In this document: positions 6,928 to 13,052 of the stretch, in pieces | Numbering within the stretch: the stretch's first letter is position 1 | Layout: every line of letters starts with the position of its first letter | Source: Acidobacteriota bacterium | GTDB lineage: Bacteria; Actinomycetota; Acidimicrobiia; ATN3 | NCBI GenBank assembly: GCA_003577105.1 | Contig: QEUQ01000063.1 | Coordinates: 1-13,052 of the forward strand | Length of the DNA stretch: 13,052 bases | Direction of reading: 5' to 3' | Translations under genes and position numbers: made by a program | The notes under the pieces: generated by a model | Told to the model about the DNA's origin: nothing | The model's input: the letters and a program-made list of their open reading frames with translations, nothing else | The model's database searches: none

Positions 6928-6964
6928 CCTTGTATATCCGTAGCTAGGATACGGATTTACAAGG
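6928..6964. promoter_or_regulatory. 37-bp near-perfect palindrome (15-bp arms, 1 mismatch, 7-nt CTAG-containing centre) in an AT-rich divergent promoter region
   Basis: CCTTGTATATCCGTA-GCTAGGA-TACGGATTTACAAGG read directly. Local GC is far below the window background. It sits 13 nt upstream of the ATPase-pseudogene ATG and about 118 nt upstream of the hemolysin-III ATG. Confidence 0.45.
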
Positions 6965-7081
6965 ATTCCACACGCACTTGCCTGGAATTTGGATCGGCCT
7001 CCACGACACGCGCCGAGGGTCGTATTCGCGCCGTGTAACGTATTGATCCCCCTTAGTCACCGACAAGCAGAACGACATTCC

Positions 7082-7750
7082 ATGGAAACCGAAACAATCG
7101 ACAGAGAAGCAGTAGCACAACGTGAGCCATCGCTCGGAGAGGAGATCGCCAACGCGGTAACGCATTCGGTCGGCGCAGTAGCAAGCATCGTTGCGCTCGT
7201 CATCTTGGCAATCGTCGCAAGCCGCAAGAGCCCGATCGCGCTCGTCGCGTTTTGCGTCTTCGGTGCCTCGATGATCGCTCTCTACACGGCCTCGGCGATC
7301 TATCACGCGCTGCCGAAGTCAAAGGCCAAGGAGGTCTTCTTCAGACTCGACCACGCTGCGATTTACCTGCTAATTGCAGGCACCTACACGCCGTTCACAC
7401 TGGGGGTGCTGCGAGGTGGATGGGGCTGGACCCTCTTCACGCTCCAGTGGAGTTTGGCTGCGGTCGGAATTACCTTCAAGAGCATCTACGGCAACCGTTG
7501 GCGCGGACTGTCAATGGCCGTCTACATCATGATGGGCTGGATGATGATCGTTGCGATTTGGCCAATGGTTCAGCGGGTGCCGGCATCGGGATTGGCCCTG
7601 ATCCTAGCGGGTGGTCTCTTCTATACGGGCGGCACGATCTTCAACGCGATCCAGCGCCTTCGCTTCAATCACATGCTCTGGCACATCTTCGTGCTGATCG
7701 GGAGCGGCTTCTGCTTCTTTGCCGTTCTTAACTACGCGATGCCCGCCTGA
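7082..7750 (+). CDS. Hemolysin III family (HlyIII/YqfA/PAQR) integral membrane protein
   Basis: Track ORF 6989..7750. The start is preferred at ATG 7082 (METETIDRE...). Seven hydrophobic segments and family motifs are present: LYTASAIYHALPKSKAKEVFFRLDHAAIYLLIAGTYTPF ... MGWMMIVAIWPMV ... FNHMLWHIFVLIGSGFCFFAV. 222 aa, the typical length. Confidence 0.85.
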   Translation: METETIDREAVAQREPSLGEEIANAVTHSVGAVASIVALVILAIVASRKSPIALVAFCVFGASMIALYTASAIYHALPKSKAKEVFFRLDHAAIYLLIAGTYTPFTLGVLRGGWGWTLFTLQWSLAAVGITFKSIYGNRWRGLSMAVYIMMGWMMIVAIWPMVQRVPASGLALILAGGLFYTGGTIFNAIQRLRFNHMLWHIFVLIGSGFCFFAVLNYAMPA

Positions 7751-7766
7751 GGATAAATGGGGTTTC

Positions 7767-7955
7767 GTGATTCAGAATGACCGCGATTGCGGAAACATTG
7801 CCGCTGTAGTTCGGGACCTCGCAGACCAAGCAGAGCGTCCGAATGACCCAACGGATGACCCTTTCTATCGTCACGCCGTCGCTGCCAAGAAGGGCAGCGG
7901 ACGCAAGTACGCAGCAGAGGCTGCAAAGCGACAGCTCCATCGGCGCGGCCATTGA
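7767..7955 (+). CDS. Possible small basic hypothetical protein (about 62 aa); may be non-coding
   Basis: Part of track ORF 7719..7955; GTG at 7767. Lys/Arg-rich C-terminus (AAKKGSGRKYAAEAAKRQLHRRGH). Third-position GC is only moderate and no recognisable domain is seen. Confidence 0.2.
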   Translation: MIQNDRDCGNIAAVVRDLADQAERPNDPTDDPFYRHAVAAKKGSGRKYAAEAAKRQLHRRGH

Positions 7956-8036
7956 ACCTCGTCCTAGTCGATTCGAGCGCGTTCCTGTCGCCCGAAGATC
8001 CAGGCGAGCAAGACCACTCATCCACTCTCAACGCCC

Positions 8037-8891
8037 TTGAGACTGAATTCGGGGCATTCCGCGTCATCCCATAGGATTCGCGGCGACAAGATCACGGCTC
8101 AGACGAGCAGACAGCGGCTAGGCAAAGGCGTGACAACGTTGGAGTCCACGTTCACATCGCACAACGGCATCGAGATCGCCTATTTCACCGAGGGATGCGG
8201 TGAGCCTGTGATACTTGTCCACGGCTTCGCCGCCAACGCCAAGCTCAACTGGGTGGGACCACAAGTCGTGAGCGACCTCACCGCTCACGGAAGGCAAGTG
8301 ATCGCCCCAGACACGAGAGGTCACGGCGCATCGGACAAGCCGACCGACCCAGAGGCCTATAGCTACGACAACCTGGCAGCTGACGTCATGGGCCTCGCCG
8401 ATCACCTCGGCCTTGATACATACGACCTCGTTGGGTACTCCATGGGAGCAATGACTTCACTGCGAATTGGCGCGATCGACCCGAGAGTGCGCCGAGTGAT
8501 CTACGGGGGCATAGGCGGCAACGTGCTCATTCCGAATGCGCTCAACCGCGATCTACTAGCCGATTCGCTCAAGCCCGACGCGACCGAAGACGACATGACC
8601 CCCCTTGGCAAGCTGTTCAGAGCGTTCGCCGAGGCTTCGGGCGCCGACCTGAACGCTCTCGCGGCGTGTCAACGCGCACGGAAGGTCACGCCGAACCCGG
8701 CAGACATCAAGGCCGAGGCTCTTGTCTTAGTCGGAAATGATGACTGGCTTGCCGGGCCCGCGGAGCCCCTGGCCGAAGCGATCCCGGGCGCAATCCACAA
8801 GACGGTTCCCGGCGACCACACGACCTGCCTGTTTCAACCCGAGTTTCGAGAAGCTGTCAACGAATTCCTAACGAACTCGACAGGTGCCTGA
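8037..8891 (+). CDS. Alpha/beta-fold hydrolase (start likely internal near 8129-8138)
   Basis: Track ORF. Contains the HGF oxyanion-hole region (VILVHGFAANAKLNW), the nucleophile elbow G-Y-S-M-G (VGYSMGA) and a C-terminal GDHT... with the His. The first about 30 codons (MRLNSGHSASSHRIRGDK...) look like a non-native leader. GTG 8129 or TTG 8138 (MTTLESTF / MESTF...) is more plausible. Confidence 0.8.
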   Translation: MRLNSGHSASSHRIRGDKITAQTSRQRLGKGVTTLESTFTSHNGIEIAYFTEGCGEPVILVHGFAANAKLNWVGPQVVSDLTAHGRQVIAPDTRGHGASDKPTDPEAYSYDNLAADVMGLADHLGLDTYDLVGYSMGAMTSLRIGAIDPRVRRVIYGGIGGNVLIPNALNRDLLADSLKPDATEDDMTPLGKLFRAFAEASGADLNALAACQRARKVTPNPADIKAEALVLVGNDDWLAGPAEPLAEAIPGAIHKTVPGDHTTCLFQPEFREAVNEFLTNSTGA

Positions 8892-8935
8892 TACAGGCGA
8901 GCATCGGTCGACAAAGTGCGGCCTTCGGCTCCAGA

Positions 8936-9289
8936 CTAGTCGGAAAAGCGCTGGTGAGCAGCTTGACGGCTAGTTCCGAGCGCCGCTCCGATCTGCTCCC
9001 AAGTCACGTTCTTCTGGCGCAGCGCCCCCACCTGATCGCGCAGGCTTCGCTCGGCGGCGGAAACCGCGAATGAAGCTGGCGCAAGCCGATCCAGCAGCCG
9101 GTCGGCGTCAAGAGCGGCAGGTCCCGGAAAGCTCGGGATCTTCTTCCCCTTGATTGCCCGCTGACTGAGTTCGGTGCATGCGTCGCAGATGTAGACGCCG
9201 GGGCCGGCAACAAGCGCCTTCACTTCGTGTTCAGATCCGTAACAAAACGAGCAATAGAGGGTGCCCGTGTCGGGTCTCTTCGCTGCCAT
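8936..9289 (-). CDS. ClpX-type C4 zinc-finger domain protein with C-terminal HTH-like segment
   Basis: Track [34 protein letters not shown] matches the ClpX N-terminal zinc-binding motif (CSFCGKsq.ev.kLiaGp.v.ICdeCv.lc). The C-terminus [22 protein letters not shown] is HTH/sigma-region-4-like. AGGAGA lies 7 nt upstream of the ATG at 9289. Confidence 0.7.
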   Translation of the reverse strand: MAAKRPDTGTLYCSFCYGSEHEVKALVAGPGVYICDACTELSQRAIKGKKIPSFPGPAALDADRLLDRLAPASFAVSAAERSLRDQVGALRQKNVTWEQIGAALGTSRQAAHQRFSD

Positions 9290-9345
9290 CGGCGCTCTCC
9301 TGACTTCAACGGACTCCGGCTAGCTGACGCGACCGGTTGTGCCGC

Positions 9346-9392
9346 TGTCAAGATAGGCTTGACAAGCGCCGGTTGTCAAGTACACCTTGACA
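9346..9392 (-). promoter_or_regulatory. Sigma70-like promoter (minus strand: -35 TTGACA 9379-9374, 18-nt spacer, -10 TATCTT 9355-9350) overlaid by two TGTCAAG-N5-CTTGACA palindromes (9346-9364 and 9374-9392)
   Basis: Read directly. The two 7-5-7 palindromes are identical in their arms and centred 28 bp apart. They lie about 55-100 nt upstream of the ClpX-ZnF/HTH gene start. Confidence 0.4.
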
Positions 9393-9431
9393 TGCCCGCT
9401 TGAGCTGCCCTTCTGCGGTGCTTATCCCCTT

Positions 9432-10211
9432 CTATGGCGCCGCGCGGAGATCGCCCTTGGTGGTCATGATGCTGAAGCTCGCACCCGCGGGATCGGCCAC
9501 TACGGCAAATCGCCCCGGCGGAATATCCATCGGCGGCACGATCACGGATCCGCCTAGTTCCTTGACCTTCTCGGCGGTCGCGTCGCAATCATCAGACGCG
9601 AAATAGACACCCCAATACGACGGAACTTCATCTGGGAGCATTGGAGGCCGAGGCATCATGCCTGCGACCGGAGTCTCACCGAGCTTGAATTCCGTGTATT
9701 CCATGCCCCCGGCACTTGATGTTTCGGACTCCCAGCCGAAGACGCTCCCATAGAAGCGGGATGCGTCGTCTAGCTGGTCCGTCGTGAGTTCGGCCCAGAC
9801 GAACGTGCCCTCTTCTCCGACGAGTCCTGCCCCTTTGTGATCCGCCGGCTCCCACACGGAGATGAACGCGCCGACCGAGTCCTGGAAGACAGCCATAGTC
9901 CCAGCATCCATGACTTGCATGGGTGGCATCGCGACCTGCCCGCCATTGTCTTGGACGAGTTTGGCAACCGCCGCCGCGTCTTCGACGGTCACATATACCG
10001 TCCAATAGGGCGGACCGGGGCTTTGCTGAGGACCAAGGCCGGCAACAGGCTCGCCATCGAGTGAGGCCATCGCGTATCCGCCGGCGTCAGGGCCCATATC
10101 TTCAATTTGCCAGCCGAAAAGCCCGCTGTAGAACTCCGTTGCGGCTGCGATGTCTGGAATTCCGAGATCTACCCAGCTTGGAGTACCTGGGGTGTAGCTG
10201 TCGACGTGCAT
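9432..10211 (-). CDS. Two-domain VOC (glyoxalase/bleomycin-resistance/dioxygenase) family protein
   Basis: Track ORF 9432..10379. The start is preferred at ATG 10209-10211 (MHVDSYTPG...), preceded by GGGAGG at 5-nt spacing. Two repeated halves each carry the VOC pattern (WVDLGIPDIAAATEFYSGLFGW... and VWAELTTDQLDDASRFYGSVFGW...) and metal-ligand-like H/E positions. Confidence 0.8.
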   Translation of the reverse strand: MHVDSYTPGTPSWVDLGIPDIAAATEFYSGLFGWQIEDMGPDAGGYAMASLDGEPVAGLGPQQSPGPPYWTVYVTVEDAAAVAKLVQDNGGQVAMPPMQVMDAGTMAVFQDSVGAFISVWEPADHKGAGLVGEEGTFVWAELTTDQLDDASRFYGSVFGWESETSSAGGMEYTEFKLGETPVAGMMPRPPMLPDEVPSYWGVYFASDDCDATAEKVKELGGSVIVPPMDIPPGRFAVVADPAGASFSIMTTKGDLRAAP

Positions 10212-10245
10212 GTGAGCCTCCCGCTTCGCGAAGCCGGGCCAATCT

Positions 10246-10285
10246 GGGCCGGGCAATCCGGCCGCTTGGGCCGGGCAATCCGGCC
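10246..10285. repeat. Tandem direct repeat 2 x GGGCCGGGCAATCCGGCC (22-bp period), each copy an internal GGCCGG-gcaat-CCGGCC hairpin; a degenerate third copy upstream (10235-10245)
   Basis: Read directly in the divergent VOC/flotillin intergenic region. It falls inside the non-coding N-terminal extension of the 315-aa track ORF. Confidence 0.5.
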
Positions 10286-10405
10286 TCCACTCCATGCTAG
10301 TCCAGATGAGATGCCCACCGAACCGCGAAACCACAGGCGGAGGACTCGAGACCTGGCTAACATCAGTAGTCAGTAACATCCCGTCGCGCCTAACTGAGAG
10401 AGCTG

Positions 10406-12454
10406 GTGGATATCTTCCTAATTGGTCTCGCAGCCGTCATTTTCCTGACAGTCGTAATGTCGATTCACAAGATAGGCGAGACGCAAGTCGGACTCGTCAC
10501 GAAGCGCCTATCCTTCAAGAAACTGCGCGAAGACAACGTGATCGCCATGAACGGTGAGGCGGGTTTTCAGGCCGACCTGCTAATGCCCGGACTCCGGTGG
10601 AAGTTCTGGCCGGTCTACAAGATCCACAAGCATCCGTGGGTGCAGGTCCCTGCCGGTGAGATCGGAGTCGTGATTTCTCAAGTTGGCGCGAGTCTTCCGA
10701 TCGGAGCCAAGAGCGCCACCTACCGCAATGAGTTCGGTAACTTCTCTGACTTGAAAGCGTTCCTCGCCGCAGGCGGGCAGAAGGGTGTGCAGCGGCCGGT
10801 CCTGCCCCCTGGAACCCTCGTTCCGATGCACCCCGTCGGCTTCATGGTGATCACCGCCGCAAAGGTTTACGGAGTTCCGGTTTCTCCCGAATTCCGCAAA
10901 CTAGCAGAGGACGGTCACCTCCTTCCTCAGTCATTTGGTCTTAGTCCCGATCAACTCCGCGTTGTCGTAATTGCGCCGCAGGGCGAGCAGGACATGATCG
11001 GAATCGTGACCGCGCTCGAGGGCGAGCCCCTGCCGTCGGGAGACATTGCGAGTCGCCTTGGGGGGTTCGCCGATATTGCCGACCTCGAGGCAAACCAGGC
11101 CCACGATGCCCAGATCATGGAGATCCTGCTCGGAAGCAAGAACACGCTCCACAACAACTATCAGGACTACCAAGCGTTCCTCGAGGCGGGCGGCAAGATC
11201 GGACTTCAGCACGATCCCCTCCTCTATGGCGCGTACTTGCTCAACCCATTCCTCGTCAGAGTCGAAATGGTGCCGATGCTCGTCGTTCGTCAAGGCGAGG
11301 TTGCCGTTGTCAAAGCCTTCGTGGGGTTGCCGACGCTCGACACATCAGGAGCCGAATTCAAGTTCGGATCCATCGTGAGGCCGGGGCACCGAGGCATCTG
11401 GCAAGAACCTCTGCGCACGGGCAAGTACCCGATTAACCCGAGGGTCTATGCCTCGGAGATAGTGCCGACGTCGATTCTCACCCTGAACTGGGCGTCGACT
11501 TCTTCAACGGCGCACAACCTTGATGCTCACCTGTCCTCGATCATGGGCAAGAGCCGCGAAGGCTTCGTCTTCACAATCGACCTCCAAGTCCAGATCCATG
11601 TGCCGGATACGAGGGCGCCAAAGGTCATTTCAATGGTGGGAACCATGATGAACCTGGTGAATGAGGTTCTTCAGTCGGCTGTTGGCAACCACTTCCGAAA
11701 CACACTTCAGTCGCTCGAAGCAGTGCGCTTCATTGAGACTCGAGAAGAGGTACAGCTAGCGGCAGTCGACGCGATCCGTGGATACCTGAGCGCGTACGAA
11801 GTTGAAACCAAGGGTGTCTACATACAGGACGTGATCTTCCCGGAGGAGCTTGTCGAAGTCTTGACTCGCCGGGAGATTGCCAACCAAGAGAAGGCAACGT
11901 TCCTCGAGCAACAGCGAGCACAGATGGCTCGAGTCGACATGGAGAACGCCAAAGGTACGGCGGATATGCAGGCTCAGCTAGCCCAAGCGGAAGTAAGCGT
12001 GTCGATCCGGCGCAATGAGGCGGATGCGCGTGAGCAGGAGGCCAGAGGCGTAGCGACTTACACAGTTCAGACCGGCGAAGCTGAAGCGACCCGCGTTCAG
12101 GCGATCGGACTTGCCGAGGCCAAGGCAGTCGAAGCGCTGGGCCTGGCCAAGGCCGAAGGGTACGAGGCTCAGAAGGACGCGATTGGTCCGGGGGCAACCG
12201 CAATGGTCGCGGTTGCAGGTGCGATTGCCGACGGGAAGATCGACATCATGCCCGAGGTGCTCGTCACTGGCGGAAACGGCGGCGGCGCCTTCGAAGGGCT
12301 CGCCGCAACTGCAATGAACTACCTGGTAAACAACGGCGCCATCTCCCGCGATGAGTCGTCGGAGGACGACGGCGAAGGTGCGGATGCCGGACGAGAAGCG
12401 ATTGGCGCCGGCGCTGCGAACGACACCGCTTCAGCGGCTAGTGGGAGTTCTTAG
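10406..12454 (+). CDS. Flotillin-like SPFH/Band-7 domain membrane protein (YqiK/FloT-like), 682 aa
   Basis: Track ORF, GTG start. N-terminal TM helix MDIFLIGLAAVIFLTVVMSI, then a long SPFH-type region. Then a Glu/Ala-rich coiled-coil flotillin segment (AQLAQAEVSVSIRRNEADAREQEARGVATYTVQTGEAEATRVQAIGLAEAKAVEALGLAKAEGYEAQ). Ends in an acidic low-complexity tail. Confidence 0.85.
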   Translation: MDIFLIGLAAVIFLTVVMSIHKIGETQVGLVTKRLSFKKLREDNVIAMNGEAGFQADLLMPGLRWKFWPVYKIHKHPWVQVPAGEIGVVISQVGASLPIGAKSATYRNEFGNFSDLKAFLAAGGQKGVQRPVLPPGTLVPMHPVGFMVITAAKVYGVPVSPEFRKLAEDGHLLPQSFGLSPDQLRVVVIAPQGEQDMIGIVTALEGEPLPSGDIASRLGGFADIADLEANQAHDAQIMEILLGSKNTLHNNYQDYQAFLEAGGKIGLQHDPLLYGAYLLNPFLVRVEMVPMLVVRQGEVAVVKAFVGLPTLDTSGAEFKFGSIVRPGHRGIWQEPLRTGKYPINPRVYASEIVPTSILTLNWASTSSTAHNLDAHLSSIMGKSREGFVFTIDLQVQIHVPDTRAPKVISMVGTMMNLVNEVLQSAVGNHFRNTLQSLEAVRFIETREEVQLAAVDAIRGYLSAYEVETKGVYIQDVIFPEELVEVLTRREIANQEKATFLEQQRAQMARVDMENAKGTADMQAQLAQAEVSVSIRRNEADAREQEARGVATYTVQTGEAEATRVQAIGLAEAKAVEALGLAKAEGYEAQKDAIGPGATAMVAVAGAIADGKIDIMPEVLVTGGNGGGAFEGLAATAMNYLVNNGAISRDESSEDDGEGADAGREAIGAGAANDTASAASGSS

Positions 12455-12737
12455 CTTCCTCTACTTCAGAAATGACATTTTCAAAGCCGCCGAACTGCTC
12501 GACGATCTTCACGCCGGGGCACCTGGCATTCGCGGTCTCGATTAGGCGGTTTCGGCTGTCGGCGTCTATGCCCCTGCCTAGCACCACTATGTCAACGCGC
12601 GCATTCCGCAATGTCTCAATTGCATCGTCGTCGCTGATTTCTCCAGAGGCGGCGTAGCCGCGAGTTCGAAGGGCCTCTGTCGCCCGTGCAACCTCGTCAG
12701 ACTTGCGGCCAACAACGAGAACATTCGCCGTGATCAC
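12438..12737 (-). CDS. Hypothetical 99-aa protein with degenerate receiver (CheY-like)/flavodoxin-like fold pattern
   Basis: Track ORF 12438..12755. The start is preferred at GTG 12735-12737 with AGGAG at 5-nt spacing. MITANVLVVGRKSDEVARATEALRTRGYAA...DIVVLGRGIDADS...CPGVKIV follows the beta-alpha periodicity of a receiver domain. However, it has GRKS in place of the acidic pair and G in place of the phospho-acceptor Asp. Lies 62 nt downstream of the SDR gene, same strand. Its 3' end overlaps the flotillin gene 3' end convergently by 17 nt. Confidence 0.45.
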   Translation of the reverse strand: MITANVLVVGRKSDEVARATEALRTRGYAASGEISDDDAIETLRNARVDIVVLGRGIDADSRNRLIETANARCPGVKIVEQFGGFENVISEVEEAKNSH

Positions 12738-12817
12738 CTTGACTCCTGACTGCATTTGGCTTCGCTACGATATCGGCGAATCGGCTCGCGCGGGAGTGGA
12801 TTCGCGCGAAGGTCGGT

Positions 12818-13052
12818 TCAGTGAAGCGTCGTTAGGCCCCCGTCAACCGCCAGAACCTGCCCGCTTATGAAACTCGCCTCGCCCGAAAGCAGAAAAACGA
12901 CCACGTAGGCAACTTCCCACGCGCTCCCCTGGCGCCCAATAGGAACCGGCACTCCCTCGCGGTCCGGGTTCATGGCTGAGGCCATTCGCCCCAAGGGCGT
13001 GTCGATGAGACCGGGGGCAATGAGGTTGGCCCTGGCGCCCTCGCGAGTCCCC
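12818..13052 (-). CDS. Short-chain dehydrogenase/reductase (SDR) family oxidoreductase, C-terminal fragment (gene continues beyond window end)
   Basis: Minus-strand translation from the window edge: ...ANLIAPGLIDTPLGRMASAMNPDREGVPVPIGRQGSAWEVAYVVVFLLSGEASFISGQVLAVDGGLTTLH, stop TGA at 12818-12820. This is the classic SDR C-terminal signature (IAPG.i.Tpl...P.gR.g...Eva..v.fL.sd.asfitGq.l.vdGG). Confidence 0.8.
   Translation of the reverse strand, partial: GTREGARANLIAPGLIDTPLGRMASAMNPDREGVPVPIGRQGSAWEVAYVVVFLLSGEASFISGQVLAVDGGLTTLH

Noticed and set aside
7960-7975. tcgattcgagcg resembling the tRNA 3' end (tcgattcttgcc) as a possible attR
   Set aside because: Only a 7-nt exact match (tcgattc). 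Far too short to call an att-site repeat.
8892-8935. Small GCC-ttc-GGC hairpin between the convergent hydrolase and zinc-finger genes as a bidirectional terminator
   Set aside because: The stem is only 3-4 bp and has no U-tract. Too weak to report as a feature.
10212-10379. 56-codon N-terminal extension of the VOC ORF (MLLTTDVSQVSSPPPVV...)
   Set aside because: The internal ATG at 10211 has a perfect GGGAGG SD and gives the expected two-domain VOC length. The extension is Pro/Ser-rich and contains the tandem hairpin repeats.
1-13052. CRISPR arrays, rRNA genes, riboswitch-like leaders
   Set aside because: No regularly spaced repeat arrays and no rRNA-like conserved stretches were seen. 5' UTRs are short apart from those noted.

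Overview
This is a 13 kb high-GC, actinobacterium-like chromosomal segment with a patchwork, accessory character. All calls rest on by-eye translation and motif recognition; no database search was possible.

Left third, minus strand: a type I restriction-modification module. hsdS is partial and runs off the window start. hsdM overlaps it by 8 nt; its N-terminal 187 codons contain no ATG, GTG or TTG. Directly upstream of hsdM sits a translationally coupled pair: a roughly 63-aa excisionase-type HTH protein, then a 382-aa protein with an RNxxxH (HEPN-like) motif. This pair is the best candidate in the window for an undescribed defence or abortive-infection cassette.

Divergent from it, plus strand: a tyrosine-recombinase-like protein whose catalytic residues look degenerate, overlapping a DDE (IS4/IS5-like) transposase-like gene by ATGA. 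These are followed by tRNA-Arg(CCT).

Downstream of the tRNA: a decayed AAA ATPase (AAA_14/DUF4143) pseudogene with an in-frame TGA and a frame break. Then an AT-rich patch containing a 37-bp near-perfect palindrome.

Right half: a hemolysin-III family gene, an alpha/beta hydrolase, a ClpX-type zinc-finger plus HTH small protein behind a promoter carrying two TGTCAAG-N5-CTTGACA palindromes, a two-domain VOC/glyoxalase gene, tandem GC-hairpin repeats, a 682-aa flotillin/SPFH gene, a 99-aa degenerate receiver-like protein and the 3' end of an SDR oxidoreductase.

No CRISPR array or rRNA was seen.
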